This document shows positions 11,552-24,414 of a stretch of 64,000 nt of DNA, in pieces (position 1 is the stretch's first letter; each line of letters opens with the position of its first letter). The notes beneath the pieces are model-generated. The model did no database searches and was not told the DNA's origin. It saw only the letters and a program-made list of their open reading frames with translations. The stretch lies in assembly GCA_964019425.1 (NCBI GenBank), contig OZ025806.1:62001-126000 (forward strand), written 5' to 3'. The stretch comes from Flectonema sp. DT1601 (lineage: Eukaryota). The translations under genes and the position numbers were made by a program.

Positions 11552-14500
11552 AGTCACGCTCTGAAATGCGTGAAGTCACTTAACTACTTTCTTTTAGTAT
11601 TTCTTTTTTTTTTTTTTTTCAGACAGATACAGCAAGGTCCCTCCGAACAACAACAGAAACATCCCGTCGTCAAAATGCGAACCGCAATTGGACAAAAGGA
11701 GATAAAGATTCAATTCAGATATTAGTGCGCATACTTCCGTTTGTAATGTATGGCACTCAGTGTACCCTGGCCTGTTAAAAGAGACGCTTTTTTTTATGTT
11801 GCGTTTCTTGCTATCAGTGCGGGCACATCTACTCTGGTATGTGAAATCCACAGCGATTCTCCCCTTGGCGTGAACTTCCTTATTTCTTCTTTATTTCCTT
11901 TTTAATTTTTCTTAAAAAACGGACAAAAATTTCTGAAAAGAAGAATTGGCGTATTTATTCTTCTTCCGCGCCATTGAAAAAATAAAAAAGTAATACTGAG
12001 ACTAAAAGATAAAGATACTTGGGCATATTTTGTTCTGTTTCTGGTTTTTTTTAAATATTGTGTTTCTTTCCCTATGTTTCGTTCTCAGAAAACAGAAAAA
12101 ACAAACAGACGACAAACAACAACCCGTAAGGAGAGCCTTCGTAATGTCGTTTTTTTTTTTTTTTTTTTCTACTGACATAATTTGTTTGTTATAAATAGTG
12201 CACCAAATCAAAAATATAAAATAGAAGTTTTTTTTTTTTTTAAAAAAGAAGAGGGGAAAAACGAAAAAAAAAAAAAAAAAAAAACGCTAATACTTGTACT
12301 CCTCCTATTCTCCTTCGTAATATGAAAGGATTCCCCAAAGGATATGATTGGGGTGATAGAGACAATAAGAATCCTTGGGGACTGTAGAAATGAAAAAGAA
12401 ATTGGTATTTGGGAGTCACAACACATGCCATACGCCTAAACACCATGCCTTGCCACTGTACTGGACCTGACAATTTTGTTTTTTTTTTTGGGAACACCGA
12501 ATGCAAGATAATTTAAATATAAAAAAAAAGATGTAAAAAAAAAAAAAAAAGGTAAATTGATATCGGGATGATAGAGACCAATATCGATCTTGGCTACTGA
12601 CTTCACTCTAATGTTAAAGAGAAGCAAGAAAAGCAAAGAACAAAAAAAAAAAAAAATAATAATTCTTTCGAATAACGTACGAGATTGCCGAATTGCAAAA
12701 AAAATGGTCCGACCAGAAAAACTACTAACACGGTTGCCTCAGATCTGTAGGACGCTCGCGATCTTAAGTGGCAAATTGTTACTTTACGGGAGGTAGGAAT
12801 TATTATAATTATTATTATTATTATTATTTTTATTTTTATTACTGCGTTCGTTCAACAATACCTAGTAAATGTGATTTTGATTCCAAAATAGAAAAAGTCG
12901 TAAGTAGATATTTTAATAAAAGAGACACAAACCCTTTATAGTTAACTGATTTACTTTATGAATTTAGTTTTTTTTTTTTTTTTTTTTTTTTTGTTACTGT
13001 TGGAATCAAAGAGGCCATTTCAATGAATACCCTTCAATCAAAACAAGAAAGTACACTGTAATAGAGAAAAAACGAAGAGAAACAAATCCATCTGACTGCC
13101 AACTATTGTTCAACAGACAGTTTTTAGATGATCATTTTAGCTAACTTTTTTTTTTTTTTTCTTTTTTTTTTCTAATACAGGGTAAATACAAAAAAAAAAA
13201 AAAAAGAAATAATAATTAAGGGTGACTACTAACACAGATTACGAGCGTCCTGCAGAATGAACACTTCACTTTTTTAAGGAAAAATAAATAAACGACTCCG
13301 TCCATGAAGGAAACTGCAGTGCCCTTAGAGACAAGAAATAATAAAAAATTAAAAAAAGGGGGGGGGGAGCACGGCTGTTCAAGATGCCTTAAATGATACT
13401 TTGTCAACTTCACCTAAACAACAATATTTAAGACTCGAGAACTAAAGAAAGAGTAACAAGAACCTGACTATGATGTAGCAAGACGCGAGAGTTTGTGTGT
13501 CCCAGCCAAAACCAGTCAGGTGTGACTATTTTTTTTTTTTTTTTTTTTTAAATTTGTTTAGTTAGTTTGTTAGTTAGTTGGCGAGTCCAACAAACCACCT
13601 AGAATCGGTTAGGTAGAGTTGGTGTTGTTGTTGTTTACAGAAGGAAAAAAAATCAGATTTCTAGTAACAGGAAACTCCTGCACGAAAAAAGACGGGTAAA
13701 CCAAAAAATATAAGCCTAAGGCATACCCATCAAGGCAGACAGAGAGTATGGCCGATATAAATTCGACAAAAAGGCGTGCGTTGCATTTTGACAACATAAA
13801 AACCGAAAGAATTATTAATTTCTTGTTCATAAACGAAATGCTATTAGTGGGCAATAACTTTTGTACCAATCGGGTGAGAGGAGAGAGTTTGGTGCGCCCT
13901 CATTTTTGCACTCAGTAAAGTTAATTTCATACCTAAGAGTAAAATCTCTCTTAGGCCTTCCAAATAAAGGTGCGGGGTATTTTTTTTTTTTTTTTTTTTT
14001 TTGTAGCGAATAAAAGAACAAGAATGAGTGAGTAAAATAAAATAGTGAAAAAACATCGATTTGTTTGGTGGGTTTATAAAAACATGTCGAACCCTTAAAC
14101 ACGCTACCCGCAACTACTAACATATGTGAGGTTACACGAGGGTCAAACCAAAACCTGGTTTGTGTTATTCGCTAACATCGACACCAAACAAACAGAAAGA
14201 TCTTTTTTTTTTTTTTTTTGTTGTTGGAAAAGGGAAAAATCCCCGAAAAATTCTAATTTTCTATTTTTTTTTCTTTTTTCTTTTTTTTCCCGATCCTCCT
14301 CTGAAACCAATTTCTCCAGAGGAAGTAGAAAGAGGAAGATATTTCCTATCGTAAATGCTTACTATAAAAAAAATTTTTTTAAAAAAAAAAAATGAGAAAA
14401 AATATGTTTTGGGTGAAACTATAAAAATAAATGTTCGTGTTGTGGACTGGCCAAACAAATAACTGTATCGGCCTTCCATATATGTTACAACAGGGGGAAA

Positions 14501-14985
14501 CAATCAGGGTTCATTTTATTTTTTATGTGGGAGATGATGTTACTTGCTCAGTGCTAGACAAACGTCTGGAAAAAAAAAAAAAAAAAAAAAAAAAAGAAAA
14601 AAAACAACGCCTGGTGGGCATTGTGATTTTTTACGGTATTTAATATTATATACATAATGACATATTTTTTTTATTTTTTTTTTTTTGAAAAAAAAAAAAA
14701 AAAAAAAAGGAAACAGCTGAGCATTATCAGTAACAAAAGAACACTTCACGAAATACACAAAACGTTTTTTTTTTTTTTTTATACCCTTATTATGGAAGTC
14801 GTGTTTGCAACCAAAAAAAACGATTTTGGTAACAACACAACTAGTAATGGCGCGCTGACTAACTAAATATGGAAGTCAGTGCACCAAATTTGCTTGTCTG
14901 TACTACCTATCATAATTTTTTACAATACTTTTTTTACAAAATACAAAAAAAAAGAACAATTATTCGTTAAAAAGAAATGAAAAAG

Positions 14986-15056
14986 AGAAAGGGGTGAAAC
15001 TTTGACAGTACGGTGACTGAAAAGAAAAAAAAACATTTGTAGTTGTTAATCAAAGA
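14986..15056. repeat. Dispersed repeat family B copy
   Basis: AGAAAGGGGTGAAACTTTGACA..GTACGGTGACTGAAAA..ATTTGTAGTTGTTAATCAAAGA, matching blocks at 58376-58521. Confidence 0.75.
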
Positions 15057-15943
15057 AAAGAGAAGAGGGAAAATCCAACAAAGCCTTAAAATAACTAGTC
15101 AGCCTACATGACACTACCACCTCAGCTGCAGTATGTGTTAATACAGAATGCTATCTGTGGGGAGGGTGACGTTCGACAACTGACCCAATGAAACAACAGC
15201 TTTTGCTTGATTTAAATTGTGAAAAAAAGAACAGAGAAAAGATAAAAGGAGATAACTTTATATAGGTTAAATAAGAAGGGAAAGGATGTGTTTCTATGGG
15301 GGAAAAGAAAAGTAAGTCGGGTTACATATGACTTCACATTGCCGTTTTTTTTTTTTTTTTTTTTATAGCAAAAATGAAGCTAGATAATGGAACAACACCA
15401 GGAAGAAAAAAAAAAGAAATCCGATTTAATTCGGACAAACATGATTAAACCAACCATTTAATTATAATTTAGTTACAATAAAAATTAATATTAAGAAAAG
15501 TGGGTATTGGGTAAAGAGGGTATGTAGGTAACTTTGATACTGTAATTAAAATATAAAGCAACTTGGTTGCCACGTAATAAAGAAAAAAAAAAAAAAAGAT
15601 GAAATCCTAACACGGGTTGGATTCAAAGTCCGTTTTTTTTTTTTTTTTGTATTTTTTTATATTTTTGTCAAGTACATGACAAGGCTCTTAAGGCAGCCAC
15701 TCCAAGTATATAACGTACAAAATGGACTACCGTGGCTGTAATGAGAAAAGAAGTTTTCTGAAAAAAAAAACAGAAGTTCAGTTGTACAGTCTCCTAATGC
15801 CAGGGTTTTTTTTTTTTTTTTTCAGAATTAATTTTTTTTTTTTTTTTTTTTCATAAATTAACTTTTAACTTGATGGAAAAGATTTCAAAAAAAAAATACA
15901 AAAAAAAAAAAAAACTAAACGGGGTGTTATGAGTAAGAAACAG

Positions 15944-15980
<37 letters not shown>

Positions 15981-17583
15981 AAAAACTATGTCGGTTAACA
16001 AACAAAAACAAAAAAAAAAGAATTCTGAGATTCCTTCTCAGACGATACAATAGAACAAAAAAAAGAGGTTGGTGTCCTTACACCACAGAAATAACACCAC
16101 TACTCTAACAAAGTGTTGCAGTATATAAGCGAAGGAGGTAATTCGATGGTTCTGTGACCACCTGTAAAAAACAAAATATAAACATTGCACGCTCCTTAGT
16201 TAAATTGACAATAGAACAAAAAAAAGTGGAGGAAAAAATCTTTCTTTTTTTTTTTTAGGGACATGGTCAGTCAGGGTTCTCTCAAGGGGAGCTGTCTTAG
16301 GGAGGCTTGATATCAGCAAATAAGAGCTATTTTACGATCATCGCTCGGGTTACGAAAACGCGATAGATGAAAACTGCTTTATGGTCATTTTTTTTATCCC
16401 TTCTTTTTTTTTTTTTTTTTTATATAAAAAAAAAAAAAAGACTCTGTCTGGCAAGGTTAACACAGTAACTGTATTTTTTTTTTTTTTTTATTTTTTTGTT
16501 AAAATTGTATCCAAAAAAAAAAACAGGGTAATATAGATATAGTTAGTAGGTATTTATAATTTATAATACTTTGTGTTACTGGTTACCTGATATATTGAAG
16601 GAGGTGGGAGAGAGATGGGGAAATTAATAAAAAATGGCATTTTATTTGCCCCTCAAAAATAGAATCGAAAAACAATCACGTTCTCAAGGGTTAAAAGCGT
16701 TCCTCCAAAATCAGTAACTGACTTAGAGGGAAGGAGAGCAAACGACAACAACAAAAAAAACTGAGTCTACTACAGAACGCGTAGACAACAAAAAAAAACA
16801 AAACCAAACTTCTTTGACAGAAAAGAAAAAAAGAAGAAAAACAGAGTATGTCCGCACATATTATTAAAACGAAATAATTTAAAAACAGGCTTGTTACCAC
16901 CAGTCTTTGTTCGTTGATAGCGCACGTCTCAAAAATTTTATTTTGCGCACTTAAGGAATCCCTTTTATGAGATTCTGTATCTGTTGCCAAATTATTTATT
17001 TTTTTTTTTTTTAAATCGGGAAGACAAATTATTCTGCAAAAAAAAGAAGGGAAAAAAAAAAAGAAAAAAAAGGAGAACAAAAAAAAAAGAAAAGGAGAGA
17101 ATAACAATATAAGTGAGGCTTCGTTTGTGAATCACAAAGGCATACATGAAGATTTAAAAAAAAAAAAAAAAAATTAATTTAATTTCCCACGAAAAAAGTG
17201 CGAACAAAGAAGGGGAAAAAAAAAAAAAAAAATTGCTTACTCTGTGATCTTGTTACATGTTAGGTGGAGAAGATTTCTTGTACTTCTCCACCATTCCTCT
17301 GTAAATATTTTTTTTTCGTCAAAAGCTAACTATTACTTTTTTTTTTTTTTCTTTCGAAGTAACCCTATTCGAGGGACAGGTAAAAACACAAAAACACAAA
17401 CTCTCAGGGAGGACCAGCCTGAGACCGGGGAAGAGACTCCAAGATAAATGTGATGTCTGCGGATGAACTCACCCTCCCTTAACATTTGCCCGCTCCCCAC
17501 AACCTCACACCCACCGAAACAGATACTTTTACGTGTGTCACTGTGAGACCAAAAAAGTCGATCTGTTAGTGAAGCCTTGACAT

Positions 17584-18021
17584 TTAACACTTAGGGTTGC
17601 TTAGCTCTTCCAAACTAACCAAAGCAGAACAGAATTGACTACATCGAAAGACAAAACTGACGGCGAGTAAAGAAGAAAAAAGTAAAAGACTTAGGCAAAG
17701 CATACAGCAGATTATTTGGGATTGAATAACTGCCGTCACACAGAAGGGTGATGAGTAAACCAGGGAGGGGGCAAAACTAACAACGAGGTCCACTAGGCTG
17801 GTGACAATGTTTCCAATGCAGCATGCTAATGCTAGGACAAGAAATACGCCTGATGTAAGTGGAGTAGCGTCTTGATATTTTAAAAGCAGTCTTGTTGTTT
17901 TCTGACTACCCTCAAGACACACCACAAGAGGCAACTCGTATAATTGCCTTACACATTTAAAGACTGCCAGAAGAATTCCAGCAGACAAGAAAAGTAAAAG
18001 AACTTTACTAAAGTAAAGCAT
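17584..18021 (-). CDS. Possible small hydrophobic membrane protein (145 aa from ATG at 18021)
   Basis: Same strand as all genes, free of homopolymer runs after the ATG, about 3 hydrophobic segments; no recognisable family. Confidence 0.3.
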   Translation of the reverse strand: MLYFSKVLLLFLSAGILLAVFKCVRQLYELPLVVCLEGSQKTTRLLLKYQDATPLTSGVFLVLALACCIGNIVTSLVDLVVSFAPSLVYSSPFCVTAVIQSQIICCMLCLSLLLFSSLLAVSFVFRCSQFCSALVSLEELSNPKC

Positions 18022-19023
18022 GTGTTTTCTTCCCGGTATTTTAAAAAAAAAAAAAAAAAAAAAGCCATAACAAAAATCAAAGAATGTGCACGAACAGAGA
18101 AAAACAGAACGAAATACGGGGCATATATATAGGTATATAATGGGATTTTTTTTTTGTTTTTTGTTTTGTTGTTGGAAAAAAAAAAAAAAAAAGAGGAGAA
18201 AAAATAATATATTATATGAGAATAATAACCATAAGAAATAAGAAAGGAAAGATAATTCCACGGCCTAGTCCACTCCACTGAATTCGGGAATTCAAAGGCA
18301 AAGGTTGTAGCTTTTATTTATTTTTATAAACGAGCAGGATGCCCGTTTGATGAGCTACGGTAATAATAAAAGAGTACAGAATATAGTACCGGATCTATTG
18401 TAAAGCCAATCAATGCTCGGAATAAAAGAAAAAAAATTTTAAAAAAAAGGTAATGATAAAAATTCCCATAAATTAGTTTTTTTTTCTTTTTTTTTTTTTT
18501 TTTTTTTTTTTCTTTTTTCTCTTTTTTTTTCAGTTATACCTTGAGGGAGGCATCATCCTTCCTCTCACCTATCCTCCCCCTCACCCGACACACAACACAC
18601 AGATACACAACAGCAGTTGGCCGACGCATTAATTATTTATAATATCTCATTCATCAAGAAAGCAATCCCAAAGAAAGCTGAAATAGCGAGAAGAAGAAAA
18701 AAAAAAACAGTCTAAAGACACTAAAGGAAACAAGGCACTATTCACTGCCAACCTTTTTAGATCAAAAAGTTTTTTTTTTTTTTTTTTCTTTTTTTTTTTT
18801 TCCTTCCTCTCTTCATTCCTTTCTTTTTTTTTTTCTATTCTTTCATTTTTTTTTTTTTTTTTTTTCCCTCTTTAAAATAGAACAATCCATGTGAAACACT
18901 CACAGGTATATTTTTTTTTTTCTTTTCTCAAGACGCTACCGAAGATCAATGTCGACGATGCACCCAATAAGGTTGCTCTGTGGACACAAAGCAGTGATGT
19001 TAGGTCCCAGTAGTGGAAATCAA

Positions 19024-19917
19024 CTACTGAGTGTTGGAACGAAAAGTTGGAGCCGATCCCCTAATTGGAGTCGTCACTTCAGGAGCCCAGGTAGTGTGCT
19101 TAACAGCATCCGACTGAGAACGGGTTAGTCGTCCACTAGCTGTTTTCAAAATAGATGTCACTCTGGTATACGCCATACTGGACAAAGTAGGACATGATGT
19201 CGCTGGCTGATTGTCTTCTTCATCATCGAGTGCGGATAAGAATAATTCACAAGATTTCGTCTTTCTAATTTTATGTCCAACTGGATCATTAAAAGACCCG
19301 TTATTGAAACTATTGTTTCCATTGAAATCTTCTGTAGCATCGAGGAGGGAAGGTAAACGAGGCTTCTTCTTGCTCTTAAACGCTGACCTCTTGAGAAAGG
19401 TTTCCGGGCTGTTAATTGATGAAGCAATTGAGGAATTAGGAGATGAAGTTGGAGAAACAGTTCTACCGATGCTGGCGCTCTCATTTGTGTCTTTCCACTC
19501 CATCACATCTGACTCTGATCCCACAGAAGATGAGAAACCTGGGAAGCAGAAACTTGATGACAAAGTGTGATCCTGAACATCGTCATCTCCATAACACTGA
19601 GCTCTCAGCATACCAAATAGTGGTGTTGAGGCTGGGAGAGGTATTGGTTTAGATCCGAGTTCCAAAATAATACATCCGCGGCCGCGTTTCTTCATCCTCG
19701 CAAGAGCATCTTTTATCTCATCGCATTCAATGTTTTCATTGCCGTCGATTGATACCAACTTACATCCACATTCAATGCCTGCCTTCTCACCAAGACTGCC
19801 TTCTTTAACAAACAGTACTCTGGTTTCTCCTGCACCTACGGCTTCCCATTTCACCCCGAGCATCATCCCCTCAGTGATGTCGATGTTGCAAACTTTCTGC
19901 CCTACTTCGGACTTCAT
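19024..19917 (-). CDS. PDZ-domain protein with Ser-rich disordered tail
   Basis: LGVKW...RVLFVKEGSLGEKAGIECGCKLVSIDG fits the PDZ pattern. Confidence 0.75.
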   Translation of the reverse strand: MKSEVGQKVCNIDITEGMMLGVKWEAVGAGETRVLFVKEGSLGEKAGIECGCKLVSIDGNENIECDEIKDALARMKKRGRGCIILELGSKPIPLPASTPLFGMLRAQCYGDDDVQDHTLSSSFCFPGFSSSVGSESDVMEWKDTNESASIGRTVSPTSSPNSSIASSINSPETFLKRSAFKSKKKPRLPSLLDATEDFNGNNSFNNGSFNDPVGHKIRKTKSCELFLSALDDEEDNQPATSCPTLSSMAYTRVTSILKTASGRLTRSQSDAVKHTTWAPEVTTPIRGSAPTFRSNTQ

Positions 19918-20580
19918 CTTTGAGTGAAACGGGGAGGGGTGATCCTTTGATGAAAGTAAATAAGAATGTTATTCATCCGACACGTTTCTAAATATTAATT
20001 CCATTCGAGACTTTGAATTGTTCACATGTTTTGTTTTATCTTATAAATAAGAAATCTCTTCTCAACAATTAACTAATTCATCTCAACATTCACAGCTGCC
20101 GAATTCCAATCGACGGTCGGGTGAAGGCTACTAAAAACAATAGGAAGCCTCTGCCTTCTTTTCTTTTTCTTTTCCTTTTATCTTACCTTTTTTTTTCTTT
20201 TCCCCCCCCCCTCGAAAAACCAAACCAGGGAGAAGGAAAAATAATTATACATTTTCTTACTTTTGAGAGAAAGTAAGGCTACCTGTAGGCCAACTACCTC
20301 TGGAGCAATAAAAAAGGGATAATTGGCCACCACAAGTGACTATGTACAGGAATGGCTACATAGTGACTCTCTCTCCAACTCGAGAAAGTACCTTTGCTGG
20401 ATCGCCTTAACATGAGTGGATAACATAAATATAAAAAGTAAAATAAAAATTCCCATTCACACTTGTGAGAAGCTTCTTCCTCCCCCCCTGGGTACTACAA
20501 GAGGCAGCTTACTGTATGTTGAACTTGTCTGTAAATGTTATCGAAGGTATGCTTTGACACGAAAAGGTCACTCAAGAAGT

Positions 20581-21048
20581 CTACTTCTCGCACTCAACTT
20601 CACCAGAGGAACCTTTTTTGATTTCCGCCTGGCAAGCAAGTCGGCGATCACCAGCATCTCCAGCAAAGAATGCTGTCTCTGGATCAGTGAGTGAATTAAG
20701 AAGGTTACCACCTTTGTTAACATCGACTACACAAGTTCCACAAGTTCCTTCAATACAACTAAATTGAATTCCCTGCTCTTCACAGAATGGATGAATCTTT
20801 TGATCATTTCCGGAAGTATCGAAGTCTTTAGTCTCACCGTCAACTGTTAACTTTACACAACACTTTCCTGATCCGAGTTCTCGTAGCATTTGAGACACTC
20901 TCCCTGTTGGTGCTGTGGCTGTTCCCATTTTCAAGGATTCGTTCATCAGCAAACTACCAACAGATCCACCAGCCTGTACTCCTCTCATTGCAATCGCTGG
21001 GACTGACGTGCTCTTTGAGAATCCAGCCAGTGAAGGAACGGCTGCCAT
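20581..21048 (-). CDS. 2Fe-2S ferredoxin with ~60-aa N-terminal extension
   Basis: FSCIEGTCGTC (Cx4Cx2C) plus RRLACQ fourth ligand. Confidence 0.92.
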   Translation of the reverse strand: MAAVPSLAGFSKSTSVPAIAMRGVQAGGSVGSLLMNESLKMGTATAPTGRVSQMLRELGSGKCCVKLTVDGETKDFDTSGNDQKIHPFCEEQGIQFSCIEGTCGTCVVDVNKGGNLLNSLTDPETAFFAGDAGDRRLACQAEIKKGSSGEVECEK

Positions 21049-21742
21049 TTCTCAGTTCTTTTTGTTGTTACGGTTGGCTCGTTTTTATTTTATTTTTTTC
21101 ACTGAGAGGAAATTGAATATTATTCTGAACTTCCTTAACACACTACAGGCTGTAACGCCATTAAAGACTACCTGCGATGTGACAGTTTGAGCAACTGACG
21201 GTAAATACTTAAATAGTAATTCACTTCTGTTGGGGGGGAGTATGTGATGGTAACGACGTCGTAAAACTGAACGCTGCTGGTCCTTTCTTTTTGGTGCCTT
21301 CAGTGAAGCTGCTTTTTTTTTCTTCTTTTTTTTTTTTTTTTTTCTTTTTTTCTTCCTTCGTTACGTATGGCACTGCAGTCTGGAGCTGCTTAGAACTACA
21401 GAAACCTGATTGGATGCTTCATTTCTTTTCCTTTTCTCCCTTCTTCCCAATGATTTCTTTCTCAAATAACTACGACTCGAGGTCAGTACAGAGTATAGTC
21501 ATTTCCAGCTTTCAATGCCGCTGCTGAAACACGCTGCGGGATCACCGAACAGGAAATGTTAAAAACCCTTACTACCTTTGATAAGTCTAATTAAGTGAGG
21601 GAAGGCAGAGGAACCAACGAAAATAAAATAAAATAAAGGAAAGGAAAACAGTGGTGAGGTGGGGGGGGGAAGCAAAAAAAGTTTTTCGTAGCTGAAAAAA
21701 TAAAAATTTAAAAAAAACCTGAATTGGAGTGTCACAATATTC

Positions 21743-22522
21743 TTACTCGGTCTTCTTCTGGTGAAGTCCGCACTCCTTCTCGGCGGCGGTCTCCCACCAC
21801 CAACGTCCCTCACGCTCGTGCTGTCCTGGAAGAGTAGGTCTAGTACATGGCTCACATCCAATGCTGACGAATCCCTTGGAGTGAAGCTGGTTGTATGGAG
21901 CACCAGTAGTTCTAATCTGTCCCCAGACGTCTTCCTTTGATACGCTTGACAAAGGGTTGTATTTTACAAGGTTTCCACCTCTTCCTGGGAAGACTGGGTC
22001 CTTCTGAACAACTGGAAGGTTAGTTCTGGTAACAGACTGGTCCTGTCTAACTCCAGTAATCCAAGCATCAAGAGATGACAACTTCTTCTTAAGTGGTCCA
22101 ACCTTACGAACACCACAGCACTCAGCGTGACCATCCTTGTAGAATGAGAACATACCCTTCTCCTGAACCAAGCTCTGGGTCTGATCAGCATCTGGGAAGG
22201 TGTACTCGATCTTAATTTTGTAGTGGTCCTCAACAGCCTGGAACAACTGGTAGGTTTCTGAGTGAAGTCTTCCAGTGTCAAGGGAGAAGACACGGAATGG
22301 CTTTCCAGTCTGGTGAGCCAACTCAATCAACAATACATCCTCAGCTCCTGAGAAACTGATGCAAACCTCCTCGTGGTCTGCGAATGCCTTTGCTACGATG
22401 TCAACAGGTTTCCAGTCCTTCATCTCCTCTGCGAGGTTGGCGAAGTCAGTTTGGAAACGAACCTGCTGTTGTCCTCTGAACGCCGATCTGGCAACGGAAG
22501 GAAGAACTCTGCGCATGGCCAT
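21743..22522 (-). CDS. cysH: APS (adenylylsulfate) reductase, CysH family, 4Fe-4S type, with mitochondrial-type presequence
   Basis: [42 protein letters not shown]; Arg-rich, acid-free N-terminus [23 protein letters not shown]. Confidence 0.95.
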   Translation of the reverse strand: MAMRRVLPSVARSAFRGQQQVRFQTDFANLAEEMKDWKPVDIVAKAFADHEEVCISFSGAEDVLLIELAHQTGKPFRVFSLDTGRLHSETYQLFQAVEDHYKIKIEYTFPDADQTQSLVQEKGMFSFYKDGHAECCGVRKVGPLKKKLSSLDAWITGVRQDQSVTRTNLPVVQKDPVFPGRGGNLVKYNPLSSVSKEDVWGQIRTTGAPYNQLHSKGFVSIGCEPCTRPTLPGQHEREGRWWWETAAEKECGLHQKKTE

Positions 22523-22768
22523 CTTTAAGTATTGATAACAAAAGTTCTAAACAACAAATAAATTAACTTTTTATCAAATCAAAGAAAACAATCAAACAAA
22601 CACAACTCATACTGACCACCCTCTGAAAAAAGAATGAAACATAAACAAATCCAAAGAGCAACGCACTCATACTTTAGATCTAACTCCCAACAAGGAATTT
22701 CGTAGAGATAAAATAAAATGTATCCTCACCTGGAAAGGTGAAGCGATGAACGGATATCTGCCGACCGA

Positions 22769-23041
22769 TTAAATAGCAGTAACAGAACGCCTTCCATGAG
22801 ATGCTTGAGTAACATGTTTTACAGATGATATACAACAGGTAGTGCAGTAACCTTCACTAACAGCAAAGTACTCACACTTGATGGTCTTACATCGTAAACT
22901 GATAGCGTCAGTTGGTGGGGTTCGTGGTGCGACTTGTTCAGTTGTCACACCAGATACTAAATTTTCTTTGTCACAATACCCCTCAGCAGAAACATAAGAC
23001 TGACCTGATCTACGACCATGAACTATTCCTTTCACTTCCAT
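22769..23041 (-). CDS. Small protein with possible A20-like Cys4 zinc finger
   Basis: RCKTIKCEYFAVSEGYCTTC (C-x4-C-x9-C-x2-C); ATG start, coding strand, no homopolymer runs. Confidence 0.45.
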   Translation of the reverse strand: MEVKGIVHGRRSGQSYVSAEGYCDKENLVSGVTTEQVAPRTPPTDAISLRCKTIKCEYFAVSEGYCTTCCISSVKHVTQASHGRRSVTAI

Positions 23042-24414
23042 TTGGTATGGAACTGTCTTGGTGGGAAATATAAATTATATAATTCTCTTCATTTTTTTTT
23101 TTAAATGCCCAATCCACACATTGTCCTGAAGAATGAAGAACATAAAGACATCAGAACACTTCTAAAGATACAGTTGCAGAGGGGGAAAAGAGTCTTCTCT
23201 TAGAAACTGCTAGCAGCAGGAATTGTAAAAAAGTATTAAAAGTGAAAATAAAATAGTGTAATGTGTGAAAAGGGATTGTCCTAACCCCGCAACTCAAAAT
23301 CTGTTTTTTTTTTTTTTTTTTTTTCTCCCCCACAAAAAAGTAGGGGAAAAAAAAAAAAACTCCGACAAGTTAAATCGTCAGGAACAACAAAACGCATCAA
23401 ATTATCTTTATTTTGGTATTCTACCATTTCATTGAAAACCACCAGGATAAGACCACCTCAGATGTCATTATTTAAGGGGATTGTGTAACATAAGTAGGCT
23501 GTTCACAAGTCAAAAGAGGATGAAACTTTGACAATTAAAAAAAGTTGAGATCAAGGAGAGAGAGAAAAAAAAAAACAGGCCTGATCGGAAATTTTAAAAA
23601 AAAAAAAAAAAAAAAAAAAATGAGAAATTAAAAAAATTGGCCAATAAAAAATGTTTTGTTCGACAACGTGTAAATCGGCACAAAATAAAAGAATAATAAT
23701 ATTTATGATTTGATTTTTTCGAAGTGCCTCGTCATCCTCACTGGGCTAACAAGTCTTCCATGACGGCACTCAAAATGGTACATTTGATATAATTAATTTC
23801 AATTGTCGATATCGTTGCCGATTAAAACAAAGAATCGTTGATACAAAAGTTCAATAATAAACGGAATGAGATGGCCACACGTATTAATTACAAACAGAGA
23901 ACGTGTTTAACACTAAAGCAGGTAACTTGATTACTTAAATCAGTTTGAAAAATTGAAATCCAGAAGTTCACCAAAGGAGAAGGTCCAGTGATAAAAATAA
24001 AAAAAAAAAATAAAATTTAAAAAAGAAAAAAAAAAAAAAAAAAAAGATCTTATCCTAATTCGTGATTTCCATCAACGTTTTGTGCTACAAAAGGTTGCTA
24101 ACAACAACAACAACAAAAAAAAAAAAAAAAAAAAAAAAAAATACGAGAAATCAGATTTCGTGATACCAGTAATTTTCAAGTAACTTGAAATTACCCAAAA
24201 TCAGTGATTTCACGTAAGAGAAGAGGAGGGCGTAATGCTCAATGTGTAAGGGAATAGAGTAAGGGGACGCCAACTGTAATCGCTGGGTTGTTTTGATTAT
24301 GAATTTGTGTAAAAGAACTACTAAAAGATAGGTCACCAGGAGGGATCACTATTCTTCCTATTTATATAACAACCATACCACACAATTATATTATCGCATA
24401 TAACTCTAGTAAGT

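Noticed and set aside
6920..17447. Many short poly-Lys/poly-Phe ORFs (also in later spacers)
   Set aside because: Artefacts of poly-A/poly-T tracts, often with non-ATG starts
22600..22735. GTATGAG motifs as a spliced-leader RNA gene
   Set aside because: No recognisable SL exon upstream; may be 5' UTR intron donors but unsupported
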